Notes under the pieces: model-generated
The model's database searches: none
Seen by the model: only the letters and a program-made list of their open reading frames with translations
What the model was told of the DNA's origin: nothing
Position numbers and translations under genes: made by a program
Shown: positions 29,424 through 40,400 of the stretch, piece by piece
Layout of the letters: every line of letters begins with the position of its first letter
How positions within the stretch are numbered: the stretch's first letter is position 1
Source of the DNA: Barthelona sp. PCE
Taxonomy: Eukaryota
Direction of reading: 5' to 3'
DNA length: 64,000 nt
Assembly (NCBI GenBank): GCA_040285745.1
Contig: JAUFOR010000005.1
Span: forward strand, 62,001 to 126,000

Positions 29424-30788
29424 ATGAAGCAATCAAAATCCATGAAACCATACACAACATTGTTTTTTGTTTTAATTCTATCAACTATCTTCCCTTCCGC
29501 TAAAAGCGCTGGACTACTGACAAATGAGGGATGTGTTGAACTCGTGCAACACGTTTATCCCTCCGAAAATTTCCATAAATACTGCAAGCACCAATTCTAT
29601 CGTTCTTTGCTTACTGAAGCTCTTCAAAAGTGTACAGGCGGAGCAGATAAGTGTTTCACAGAAATCATGAAACGCAACTCAATTCCAAAAGACGTGGAAG
29701 GTATCGAAATGTTAATGATGCGTACAAACAAACTTAGTAATAGAAAGATTGGAATAGTTGATGTTCAAAAAATTTCTCAATATTTTGTTGAGACCATTGA
29801 TATCGTTGACCCTGTTGGAGTACGTCTAACAAATGAGACAATAGACATTCCAATACATATTCCAAAGGAAAAAAGAGGTGTTTACGCAAAGGTTACTTTT
29901 GGTTCACATATGGGTAAATCAATCCTTCATGGTTATTATGATGTCACAACTGCTCTTTTCTTTTCAACAAGATTAGAGGCAAACCCTGTTCCTGTTTATA
30001 GTAATTTGCTCTTTACTTTAACTGAAATATCACCAAAAGCAGCTTGTAGAAAACCAGGTTTTCTCTCAGTTAGACGTAAAGCAATTTGTAAGCCTGTTTT
30101 AACTTCCAGTGAACACCCATCAGTTGATGTGTTATACGTTGATAAGACAACCTTCCGACCATTAAAGTTTGGTGAATCCGTACAATTACGCACGGCTGGT
30201 AATCAAATTGTTGAACATCATGCTGATCAACCAGCTGAAGGTGGTGATGATGATTACCTTAAATTATATGGCTCAAACGGTGGTTCTTTCTGTCTAGGAA
30301 GATGTAGGTGGGCTGCACCAAGTTCTCCTAAGAACGTAATTCTGTATAAGATGAGTGGACGCGACTCAATTATCAGACATGGTGATATTGTTTCATTCTG
30401 TAGTGGTGGTACACGTTCTTACACTTACACCCCCAAGGAAGAGCAGGGAACTGGTTATGGAGTCGATGCTCGCTACGATAAGCTACCTTATTGTGATGAA
30501 ATTGGTCAGAAGAAGAGGGGTGGTGGATCATTCCGGTTCAACACTGCTGAAAATGATGTTGAAGACTTAGAGAACAGATTCAGCGGTGGTGGACGCCGCC
30601 CTGGTTTTGGAGGAGGCGGTGGACGTCGTCCTGGATTTGGTAGACCTAAACCCAAGCCCAAGCCCAAGCAACCTACTACTCGTGATAAGTGGAAGGATGT
30701 TGTGCGCCGTTGCAAAGATCGTCCTGCCCCTGTTACCAGAACTGTCAGTTGTTCACGTTTTAGAGTGAAAACTGAACGCTACGCTTAA
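29424..30788 (+). CDS. Secreted Cys-containing protein with a Gly/Arg/Pro-rich C-terminal segment
   Basis: Signal-peptide-like TTLFFVLILSTIFPSAKS; GGGRRPGFG x2 and a (PK)n run; no TM helix. Confidence 0.75.
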   Translation: MKQSKSMKPYTTLFFVLILSTIFPSAKSAGLLTNEGCVELVQHVYPSENFHKYCKHQFYRSLLTEALQKCTGGADKCFTEIMKRNSIPKDVEGIEMLMMRTNKLSNRKIGIVDVQKISQYFVETIDIVDPVGVRLTNETIDIPIHIPKEKRGVYAKVTFGSHMGKSILHGYYDVTTALFFSTRLEANPVPVYSNLLFTLTEISPKAACRKPGFLSVRRKAICKPVLTSSEHPSVDVLYVDKTTFRPLKFGESVQLRTAGNQIVEHHADQPAEGGDDDYLKLYGSNGGSFCLGRCRWAAPSSPKNVILYKMSGRDSIIRHGDIVSFCSGGTRSYTYTPKEEQGTGYGVDARYDKLPYCDEIGQKKRGGGSFRFNTAENDVEDLENRFSGGGRRPGFGGGGGRRPGFGRPKPKPKPKQPTTRDKWKDVVRRCKDRPAPVTRTVSCSRFRVKTERYA

Positions 30789-30958
30789 TAAATGATTTTT
30801 TTATAAAGAATTTTTATTTTATTTTCCAAATACTCAACAATTCTACTTAATGTTGATAATATTTGTAACCATGCCTAGTAGTTGTATTTGTATGTGGGTA
30901 ATAGTAAAACTGAACTCATTAGAAATTTTCTTTCTCTTTTAACTCATATTTTTATTAA

Positions 30959-33286
30959 ATGCATAACTGGGCATCTGTATTGCTTGTTTTATGCTTGTTA
31001 GTAACTTCCAAAGCATACTGGGAGCCTGACTATTTTCAATTCAATGTTACTGATGCTATGAAGCAGGAAGGTACTTTTGAATTCGAAGTTGAAATGACAT
31101 TGAGGAGAGTTGCATCAATGGTATTGACAAATATTCCTAACTGGCTTAATCCCAGTACTTTTACTCTGCAAATTACTGAAGGATTATATTACCCGACTGA
31201 TTTCACTGTTGATGATCTCTTTGCTGGTAAGAAGCACTTTCTGAATGCCTTCTATATCATAATTGATTTGGAATCAGCCCAAGTTGGTGATTATGTTCGT
31301 GTTGATATAAATTATCATTATAAGAGCCTTTATTGTTCTAATCGTGGAGTGTTTTACGATACGCAGTGTTTGTGCACTGATGGAATTAATCCCTGTGAAT
31401 CTGTGGGTACAACTCATCAACTTAAAAATACAAACAAGATTGTTACTGTTTCAGATGATATTGGCTATGTATTATTTAATGGTTCTAACATCGACGGAAA
31501 CTTCTCTACCACGTTCAATCACCCTAGTATGGGCGATGGTAAACATATTCTAAAGATAAATATGGACCCTATAAATTTCGATGAGAAAAACGTCGATGAT
31601 ATTGTTCACACCACAGGTTTTGATTATATGGATAAGACATATTTTGCTCCTATTGAAATGTATACAGCATACTCTTCACTATTATCTGATCAAGCATCTA
31701 TTTTTTTGTCGATCTCAAATTTCTCTCATCCCACATTTGTTTTAAAATATGAAATTGTGATTTTTGACGATACAATGTCTTCACATTGTCAATATAACGG
31801 TAGATTCATCTCTAGTCAAGCTAGATGTTTGTGTTTCCGTGACAAAAACCCACCACTTTATCACTATTTAGCGGATATCTGTATCAGCAATGATCCTGAG
31901 GACGTGCTCCAGATGGTGCGCCCAGGAATCACCTCTGGGCAATTCCTTGGTGGTCTTACCCATCGCTTTAGTCCAACACCCATTTTTGCCACCAGTGAAG
32001 GTTTTCGTAATTCATTTGTAATTAATGAAATTCCACAATTAGACGCTAAATCAGTCATGGTTGTTCGCACAGGTGAGATGGAGAACGTTACAGTCTCTAA
32101 TATAACGAGATCATTGATCTTCACGAATGATATTACATGGATTGACATGACACGCAATCCAAGGATTATATTCGAGGGACACTATTCACCAAAGTTTGAT
32201 GTGTCCATGAGTTTTCACCGTTTTACGGATGATGAATGGAGAGCATGTCCTACCGGCTGCCCTGTTAATTCTCACTGTAACGTTAACAGTGGTTCTTGTG
32301 TTTGTGACACCGGCTATGGTCCGTACGGCGATGAGCAATGCGGGGAAATGGTCACACCGACTGAGATTAAACCAAACATGGGTAAGGACAGCTTTGTGAT
32401 TGATGGAGTTTTACGCACTGTCACATTTAAGCATACTGATATCAAGAACTTAGGCAGAGCAGCTGTCGCTGAGATCACAGTTACTGGTCGTCACGGTGGT
32501 TTTTCAATCAACGGCAAGAAATACCCAGCAATGATGAGGGATGAAGATGTCATGCTTGTTTATACCAGAGTTCACCCTCTTGATACGTCTGTATTAACAA
32601 TCAGCAATGCACAGAACACATCAATTGCGTACGAGTTCAACATTCCAATCTGCGATGATGGGGACGACTTTATGAACCCTTTCACTTGTGTTTCACAATA
32701 TGATGCCCGTAAGGTTGTAACAAAGATGCGTGACCACTCATATTATGAGGCTGAATTCGGTTCCGTTGTTCTGTTAACCAATGAACCGTATGTTGTTATG
32801 ATTGACCCCATTGATTTGAAGAATGAATACGTATATCTTCCGTTGCAAAATCCAATCTTTGGTATGTATACATATATGGATTTCAATAGCAAGTACTTTA
32901 AGAAGAAGGTTCCTAAAACATTCTTTATTACTGAACCAACGGGTATGTCTTTGATCCACGGTGCTTTTTCTGGTACTAAAGATTATGGTCATATGCGTGC
33001 TTATCGTGCTACTTTAGCAACAACCACGGAGCTGAATTGTAATAGTAATGAGATTGAAATTGTTAACCCTTATAATTATAATCATATGTGTGTTCAATCA
33101 CTTGATTCTATCCCAGCTCAACTTGATATTTCTATCTTTACTAATATCATGCCCCTAATCATGCTCATTGTCATCGTTGTCTGCATTATACTATGTATCC
33201 GTTGTTGTATTAAGAAGAAGAGAATGAAAGCTTATAGTAATCAATATGTTGCTGTGCATGATAACCCAATGGTTGTCCAGCTATAA
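30959..33286 (+). CDS. Type I membrane protein with dispersed EGF-like domains
   Basis: Signal peptide; CSNRG...CLC and CPVNSHCN...CVCDTGY motifs; C-terminal TM helix followed by RCCIKKKR and a YVAV motif. Confidence 0.85.
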   Translation: MHNWASVLLVLCLLVTSKAYWEPDYFQFNVTDAMKQEGTFEFEVEMTLRRVASMVLTNIPNWLNPSTFTLQITEGLYYPTDFTVDDLFAGKKHFLNAFYIIIDLESAQVGDYVRVDINYHYKSLYCSNRGVFYDTQCLCTDGINPCESVGTTHQLKNTNKIVTVSDDIGYVLFNGSNIDGNFSTTFNHPSMGDGKHILKINMDPINFDEKNVDDIVHTTGFDYMDKTYFAPIEMYTAYSSLLSDQASIFLSISNFSHPTFVLKYEIVIFDDTMSSHCQYNGRFISSQARCLCFRDKNPPLYHYLADICISNDPEDVLQMVRPGITSGQFLGGLTHRFSPTPIFATSEGFRNSFVINEIPQLDAKSVMVVRTGEMENVTVSNITRSLIFTNDITWIDMTRNPRIIFEGHYSPKFDVSMSFHRFTDDEWRACPTGCPVNSHCNVNSGSCVCDTGYGPYGDEQCGEMVTPTEIKPNMGKDSFVIDGVLRTVTFKHTDIKNLGRAAVAEITVTGRHGGFSINGKKYPAMMRDEDVMLVYTRVHPLDTSVLTISNAQNTSIAYEFNIPICDDGDDFMNPFTCVSQYDARKVVTKMRDHSYYEAEFGSVVLLTNEPYVVMIDPIDLKNEYVYLPLQNPIFGMYTYMDFNSKYFKKKVPKTFFITEPTGMSLIHGAFSGTKDYGHMRAYRATLATTTELNCNSNEIEIVNPYNYNHMCVQSLDSIPAQLDISIFTNIMPLIMLIVIVVCIILCIRCCIKKKRMKAYSNQYVAVHDNPMVVQL

Positions 33287-33388
33287 CATCATTGTTTGAT
33301 ATATTTATTGCGTTTTAGTTGCAATTTTGTTAATAAATATCCAAAATTTTTTGTTGAACTTGTGAAACTTTTTCTCTCCCTTTTCGCC

Positions 33389-35623
33389 ATGAGTACCCCC
33401 AAAAAGAAGTTCTCCTTCAACAAAAAGACCACTGATAGTGAAGAATCTAAACCAAAGCTCAAGTTAAAAAAGCAACCTCTGACAAAGCTTAAATTGGGTT
33501 CTAAACTGAAGGCAAAGGCACCAAAGCAGGAATCTGAACCTGAGGAAGGGGCAAAACCTAAATTGCAGCTGAAGAAGAAGCTTTCTCTCAAAAAACCCAC
33601 TGCAACTGATGAAGAATCAGCTGAATCAAAGCCCAAGATCAAACCAAAGCTCCAATTGAAGAAGAAAAGCGACTCGGATAAGCCAAAGTTGAAGAAGAAG
33701 TTGGAGTTGAAGAAAACTACAAAACCTTCATTAAAGAAGAACTCTTCCCCTAAACTTGGTTTAAAGAAGGCTGGAGCACCTAAAGAAGAAACAAACCCTA
33801 AAGAAGAAACTGGATTGCAACCCGTAAAAAGAGATTTTCCCAAAACTCCCAATGTTAAATTGCAGAGTCTTCGTAATAAGAGTCAACAGATTGAAGTACA
33901 CGAACCCACTATTGATAAGTCAGCAGTGCCAAAGGTTGTTGAGAAGAAAGCATTAATGATGAAATTTAAGAAATTTTCAAAATCTTCCCTTCACGATTTA
34001 CTTGATGATGCTGTTTTTTTCACTGAGACCTACCAACATTATGTCATGGTGTGTAGTGGTGCAACTCCGCTTAAAATGGTTCATGGACTTGGTACCCAAA
34101 CCGATCAAATTTCTGATATCAAATTTGATTTGGATTTTTCTGATTTGGATTTGACTAATTTTGCTTTTGATGATGTTGATACCATGTGCATGATGACAAA
34201 AACTGAACTATTATTCATTCGTATTTATTTCCATACTGCTTCTGCATCAATCATCAAACGTATTCCTTTTTCGACTGATGGTGTTGTTTCAATCGCTCAA
34301 CATGATTTAACTGCGCTTTTTGTCGTTTGTACTGGTAAAGAATTACATCTAATCACTTCAAAAGGTGATGTTGTTGGTGTTCTCGATATTCCTCCCATGG
34401 AAACAGTATCTCGTGTTCCTAACTCTGGTTACTTCATTGGCACGAACAAAACTTTACAGGTCCTCATTGGACCGATCCTCCCCGCCAACCTTGAGCTGCC
34501 TATTTCAATGGTGCAATGCGTGGATGAATCTGAACAATTACTTACAGCATTGAAATCTGTTGAACAAGAAACATTTACTTTACAAAAGACATTATATGGT
34601 AAAATTTTTGCTCTAGCACATTTTGGTTATGGACATTCGTTTTCTAATGAAAAATTATTTTACGTCTCAGATAATGGAATTGTTTATGCTTCTTCTTCAT
34701 TAAAGGCTGAGACTGTTTTGGATGTTTCGCCTGTGGCACGTATTGCAATCACAAAGAACGTAGAAATCAAACAAGCATTTTCTCTCCCAGGAAGTTGTGT
34801 TTTGTTAAGTGAAGATTCAATATTCTTCATAAGATACATAGCTGGTCAGATGCTTAGTGCTGTTTGTTCTCTCGGAGAGATGACTTTTGATCCTGAAAAG
34901 ATTAACGGTTTTACATACACCCTTTCTTCTATTAGACCCCAAGCTGTTTTTTTGGTAGATGGAAAGTTTCACAAATATATGTTGGAGAGTACCATTGAGG
35001 ACACACCAATTATTATGCCGTCTGCTGTAGAATTTAGTACTCAAGGTATTGATCGCTTCTTTACTGGTATTTCTGCTGCCATCGAACAGGTACGCTCTTT
35101 TTCTGCCAATGTTAATGGATTCCAATGTGCCCAGCTTCTTGCTAGACTTGAAGAAAGTGTTTTACAAACATTAGGCACTTTTGCTCATGCACTTGATGAA
35201 CGTACACGTCAACTAACTGCAGTCAGTGAAACGCATAGGATCAACAAACCACGCTTTAATGATAGTATTGATGTGTTTAGTTCAAGAGCTGAAGAATTAT
35301 GTGAACGTCATTTCGTTTTAAAGGATAAAGCTGAAGCATCTAGTAGAAGAGCAGAAGAACTTAATGTCCGTATACGTAAACTTGAAGCACCGCAGTCACA
35401 ATTTGTGGTTGTAGAAGATGAGGAAGCTATGGAACTGATTCATAAAAAACAGCAGAATATTGAAGATAGATTGGCACTGTTAAGTACGACAGCTAGAGCA
35501 ACTGTTGAGTCTAATGTGCACAATGAAGTGGAACAGTTGAAGAACGAAGTCGAAACTTTTGCTAAAGAATTGGATAAGCTAAAAGATAGCAAATCAGAGA
35601 AACCTAAGGATGTTTGCGAATAA
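33389..35623 (+). CDS. Protein with Lys-rich repetitive N-terminus, beta-rich middle and C-terminal coiled coil (Nup88/Nup82-like layout possible)
   Basis: Likely start is MSTPKKK at 33389 (track start 33296). It has repeated PKL(K/Q)LKKK units and a heptad-rich last ~150 aa. The family assignment is speculative. Confidence 0.7.
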   Translation: MSTPKKKFSFNKKTTDSEESKPKLKLKKQPLTKLKLGSKLKAKAPKQESEPEEGAKPKLQLKKKLSLKKPTATDEESAESKPKIKPKLQLKKKSDSDKPKLKKKLELKKTTKPSLKKNSSPKLGLKKAGAPKEETNPKEETGLQPVKRDFPKTPNVKLQSLRNKSQQIEVHEPTIDKSAVPKVVEKKALMMKFKKFSKSSLHDLLDDAVFFTETYQHYVMVCSGATPLKMVHGLGTQTDQISDIKFDLDFSDLDLTNFAFDDVDTMCMMTKTELLFIRIYFHTASASIIKRIPFSTDGVVSIAQHDLTALFVVCTGKELHLITSKGDVVGVLDIPPMETVSRVPNSGYFIGTNKTLQVLIGPILPANLELPISMVQCVDESEQLLTALKSVEQETFTLQKTLYGKIFALAHFGYGHSFSNEKLFYVSDNGIVYASSSLKAETVLDVSPVARIAITKNVEIKQAFSLPGSCVLLSEDSIFFIRYIAGQMLSAVCSLGEMTFDPEKINGFTYTLSSIRPQAVFLVDGKFHKYMLESTIEDTPIIMPSAVEFSTQGIDRFFTGISAAIEQVRSFSANVNGFQCAQLLARLEESVLQTLGTFAHALDERTRQLTAVSETHRINKPRFNDSIDVFSSRAEELCERHFVLKDKAEASSRRAEELNVRIRKLEAPQSQFVVVEDEEAMELIHKKQQNIEDRLALLSTTARATVESNVHNEVEQLKNEVETFAKELDKLKDSKSEKPKDVCE

Positions 35624-35756
35624 AACTACACTATTTAAGTTGTTGAGTGGATATACTGAGAGGCCCCAACTTCAAACATTTGTAATTAGTTAATATATAG
35701 TTGAACAACACTTGTAATTTACTTCATTACTTTCTTTATATTTAACTTTGGGATAA

Positions 35757-36416
35757 ATGGCTACTGAATTGAAGACATCTGGGTGGAACGCCAGCGCATA
35801 TGCATGGGAACAAAGGCCTGTCATGGACGTAACAAAAGAATTTTGGAACAACGAGACTAAGGAAGTCGTTTACGACTTTGAAGACGATGAAAACACATAC
35901 TCATACAAAATCACAAGCGTTGATGTTAGTGGTGCAGCTACTAGTGCTCTCCGTAAGGGTAGAATGAGAGCAATTTTTGATATTGGTCTTTCATGCAAAT
36001 GGTTGTGCACAATCATCTCAAAGAACCCTGTTGAAGAGGAGATCAGTGAGGAAAAGAATGAGACAACAGAAGAAGTTGAAAAGAGAGAAGTTGATGCTAC
36101 TGAGATTGATGTTGATATCTCTGAAGCCAAGGAAGAAGAGTCTGAGGATGAGGACGTGCCCAAGCTTGAGAAGCCAGCTTCTAAGAATCAAATGTCAATT
36201 ACCGGCAAAATTGATATTGAAGATTTTGACAGTACAGCTGATCTTGATATCGATGAGGAGGACTGTGATCTTGATGATTTGGATTTTGATGTTGAAATTC
36301 GTTCAGATGAGAAAAAGACTCAAGAGGCTAAAAATGCAAAAAAAATTATCGCTGAGAAACTTTTCCCACAAATTGTTAGAAAAATGAGGAAATATGTTGA
36401 AGTTCTCCGTCAGTAA
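35757..36416 (+). CDS. Aha1 N-terminal domain protein (Hsp90 ATPase activator, Hch1-like) with acidic insertions
   Basis: WN..YAWEQR, ITSVDVSG-A...RKGR..AIFD..LSCKW and ITGKIDI motifs of Aha1_N; no C-terminal AHSA1 domain. Confidence 0.85.
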   Translation: MATELKTSGWNASAYAWEQRPVMDVTKEFWNNETKEVVYDFEDDENTYSYKITSVDVSGAATSALRKGRMRAIFDIGLSCKWLCTIISKNPVEEEISEEKNETTEEVEKREVDATEIDVDISEAKEEESEDEDVPKLEKPASKNQMSITGKIDIEDFDSTADLDIDEEDCDLDDLDFDVEIRSDEKKTQEAKNAKKIIAEKLFPQIVRKMRKYVEVLRQ

Positions 36417-36675
36417 ATGTGCAAAATATTAATTTAATTTGGTGGTTCACACTTCTTGGAATAAAATTTCATAAAATTTATTTAACACCATTCTATGGTG
36501 TGACAGTCTATCTGTCGTCAGTAATGCACTGCTAACATCGTATAAGTCTTATGAAAAATGACAGAACGAACTCGACAAGCCTTATTGCAAAAATTTTAAT
36601 ATCTCCTGCTTATGACTTCTGACATTGTCAATAGCAGCAACTTATCCTGTTTGAAAATCAGAAAAACAACTATAT

Positions 36676-37284
36676 TCATGCCCAAGGTAATTTTCCATCA
36701 TTTTTCTCAATTAAATATAACAAATAACCTAAACCACCATTCAATACAATGAAACAAAGCAAAAACTTTAACCACAATGGTATTATATTACGTTTTAAAT
36801 TTCTACGTATAGTTACTCTTGATAATACAGAAAAATCTAATATATCAGTCCTACGAGTTTTTCTTGATTTATGACCGATTGCATCACCTGTGAACACGCT
36901 GCACAATATCTCATTACTACAAAATAAAGCTAATAATAATAATAAAGCTGGTTTACCAACACTAAATAAAAATGCAACTATTAAGCAGGTTGCTGTGAGT
37001 ATTACTTCTAAATATATTGACATCCAAAACAGGTTTGAAATAATAAAACACAGTATTTGAAGCACTACATAAACTGCAAACCCTATAGATAACCCTTTTT
37101 CTAATATAGGGGTACAATCTAATATGTCCCCGCTATTATCATTCATAAAAAGGGCGACTGCGAGGATGCCTGCGAGGGCTAACGTAAGACCAAACGCCAT
37201 ACCTTCGATAAATACAATAACCGTTATTCCCTGAGGTTTGGGATGTTTAAAGCCTGTAAGATTAGATACAGGATGTACCTTCAT
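36676..37284 (-). CDS. Hypothetical multi-pass membrane protein, 202 aa
   Basis: Intact ATG ORF with about 5 hydrophobic segments. Confidence 0.65.
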   Translation of the reverse strand: MKVHPVSNLTGFKHPKPQGITVIVFIEGMAFGLTLALAGILAVALFMNDNSGDILDCTPILEKGLSIGFAVYVVLQILCFIISNLFWMSIYLEVILTATCLIVAFLFSVGKPALLLLLALFCSNEILCSVFTGDAIGHKSRKTRRTDILDFSVLSRVTIRRNLKRNIIPLWLKFLLCFIVLNGGLGYLLYLIEKNDGKLPWA

Positions 37285-37458
37285 CGCGATAAAGCTATTT
37301 AACTTAAAAAAGAAGAAAGAACCAAAGAAAGAAGTTCAGAAACTAAATGCAGATTCGAAAGCTCGATTTACTTTTTTTACCTTTTTCTTCTTTTCATTGC
37401 TCAGTTTGAGCGATTTGTACACCATTTTTAACATATACTTTTATAATTTATCCATGAC

Positions 37459-40400
37459 ATGAAATTAAATACTCTTTCTCTAGATGCAATCCTCAAGTCG
37501 AACTCTTCGGGGCTTAATATGGTACACACGTACATATTAAAAAGGAAACGCGCAACCCCCGATCTTATTCGAAGGAGTAGTGCATTGGGTATGGATTTTG
37601 ATGAAATGTTCGATCCCATTGGTTCTTTTCTTCATTTCAGTATTTTACAGGAGAATGTAGTCGCAGTAGAGGCGCTCCTCGAGTGTGGATGTGACGTACG
37701 TCTCCTATTTGATTGTGAAAAACCTCATAATACACCTATTATGCTTGCTATTATCAAAGAAAGACTTGATATAGTTAAGCTGCTCCTGCGCTTCAACGCT
37801 GACCCTGCCCAGCGTAATCTCTTGGGCGAATGTGCGCTGCATATTGCAGTACACACAGGATCCATTAAGCTATGCCGTTTACTAGTTGATCATGATGCCA
37901 ATTTATTGGCTATCCGTGACGGAAATATGATGACCCCGCTTCTGACAGCCATCCACATGCAGCAGTGGAATATTGTTAGACTCTTTATGGATTCAACACC
38001 AACAAACGGTTTAGAAGTAGATATTTTGGGTAATAATCTACTTCATACTTTAATAAGATTTAACGGTATGGAATGCTTTGAATATGCATTGAACATGTTT
38101 CCATCCATTATTAATACAAAAAACATTGATAATGAATCTGCCTTACATATAGCCGTCCGCGCTAATCAGTTTTCTGCTGTTAAGTTGTTATTGAAGCGGG
38201 ATGCTTATGTATGGGCAACAATCATGCAGTTTTTTAGTGAAGGTACTGATCCAAGTATTACTAAATTGCTTGAAAATCATCGTATTGTTGATATTTCTCC
38301 TTCAATTGAAGAACGTGTTCCTATTACTTTCTTATCAACTCTTAAAGAAATTGACTTTATGAAAATTGCTTCTGTTTACGCAACTCAATCTTATTTCCTT
38401 GAAACACTTGAATGGGGCATTAATCGCGGTTTAGTTGATGTTAATTCCAGCGAATATGGCATGAGTATCGTTGAGCTGGGCATCGTTAATAACGATAAAG
38501 ATCTTGTAGTCTTGTGCCAACAGAATGGGGCCGATTTCAATGCAGCACCGTACATGTCTAACGTTCCTTCTATGGTACATTTGGCAGCTTATCTCGACCA
38601 TCTATCCATTTTGCGCTTTGTTTTAAGTAAGGCAGTAATTGCACGTACAACTGAACAACGTCGATCATTCTTACACTCAGCCGTCGATGGTGGTGCACTC
38701 ACATGTGTTGAATTTTTGCTTAAGAATTGGAGCCAAACAGATACTCAAAACCATATAGCTTTCCAATTAGCAATTGCACGTGATGCGCCTGAATTAGCTC
38801 GCATTTTCTTTGAGAACAGTACTTTTTCTGATCTAAACGAAGCGCTAATCATTGCAACGAAGTTAGGCAGCGCTGAAACAGCACGTTTATTACTTCAAAT
38901 GGGTGCAGTGTCCACATTTGTTGATGAAGAGGACAATTGCTCTCTGTCTATAGCTGCATCGAATAATCACACAAGGATGATTACTTTGTTACTTAAGTAT
39001 ACCACTGATATCAAATGCAACCAAGTAGAAAATGCATTGGCAACAGCTGCCAGACATGGACTTATCAATGCAATGCTCTGTTTAATTGATTCTGGTGCTC
39101 CGATTACAATGAATACCATTGATGGCATCAAGGATGATACGCTGCGTGATATTTTCGAAAGACTGGGTGTGAGACGTAACACTAAATCTATTAGCAAAGC
39201 ACGTATTAATGATCTAATCCTCGATCTAAGTAGTGGTATTGGTAGCGGAGCTGAAATTGAAATTGCCAAAGAGTCTCTCTTATCCGTTAATCATACATAC
39301 CCCCTGCACATGCTATCTTGTTATGATTTCTTTGATTATATGACTTTAATTGATTTTCTAACAGGTCGTAATAATGATATAGATAGAGTGGATGATGCAA
39401 AACATACGCCATTGCTTCGTGCTATTCATATGTCTAACATTTCTTTAGTGGGTGCACTGCTTGAAAATGGTGCAAAATTAAAAGTACCTGGTACAGAACA
39501 CGCGTTTGCTTATGCTTGCCGTTGTGATCTGGATAATGCCAACATTCTGACACGTATCATAGAACATGATCCCACAGTTCTTGATGTTTCTTTTGGACAA
39601 GGGCGTAAAGGAATACATATTGCTGCAATTGCTGGTAATGCACGATGTGTCAATCAGCTTCTTAGGAACCATGCAGTTGATGCCAATATTACCGCTAATG
39701 GACTTACAGCACTTCAAACAGCAATAATATTTTGTCATAATTCTTTAAGATCTGTTGTCAAAACACTCGTTCAATATGGCGCCAGTACAAATGTGACTTT
39801 CCGCAGTAAGAACTTGTGGCAATTAGCTATGGAACGAGATATTACTGTTTTACAAACGGTGCTCAGATTCATACCATTAGAGTTACGTAATGATGTTTAT
39901 CTTATACACGAAGCAATCAAACTCCACAAGCCCAGTCTTGTCGATGTATTATTCGATAACGGCGCTAATATTGATGAGATCAATGATATTGGTGACAGTC
40001 CCTTGCACACTGCTGCAAAATGTCGTGCTCTTGTTGAGATAGAGCTGCTTCTTGACTGTGGTGCTGACCCAGATGCCGTAGATGTAGATGGATTGACTCC
40101 GTTACATCGTGCCATTCTCTTATCCAATGATTCAGTAGTTGATTTGTTACTTAAACATGTTTCTCCAAAACAACGTGCTTGGAAATTCATAACACCTTTG
40201 CGCTTTGCAATAGCCATTGAGGATGTGCCAATTTGCCACGCCTTGTTACAGAAACGCGAGTATCATATGTTAAGTTATACTCTTCTGTCAGCTGTCAATA
40301 ATATTCAACTCCCACTTCTCGTTGATTTGTTCAGCAACTATAAAGACATGACGTATTCCATCGCCCCAACGCAGTCTCTTGACTCTCAACTTAATCAGCT

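Noticed and set aside
33289-33852. 187-aa Phe/Leu/Ser-rich minus-strand ORF
   Set aside because: Antisense mirror of the Lys/Glu-rich repeats on the plus strand.
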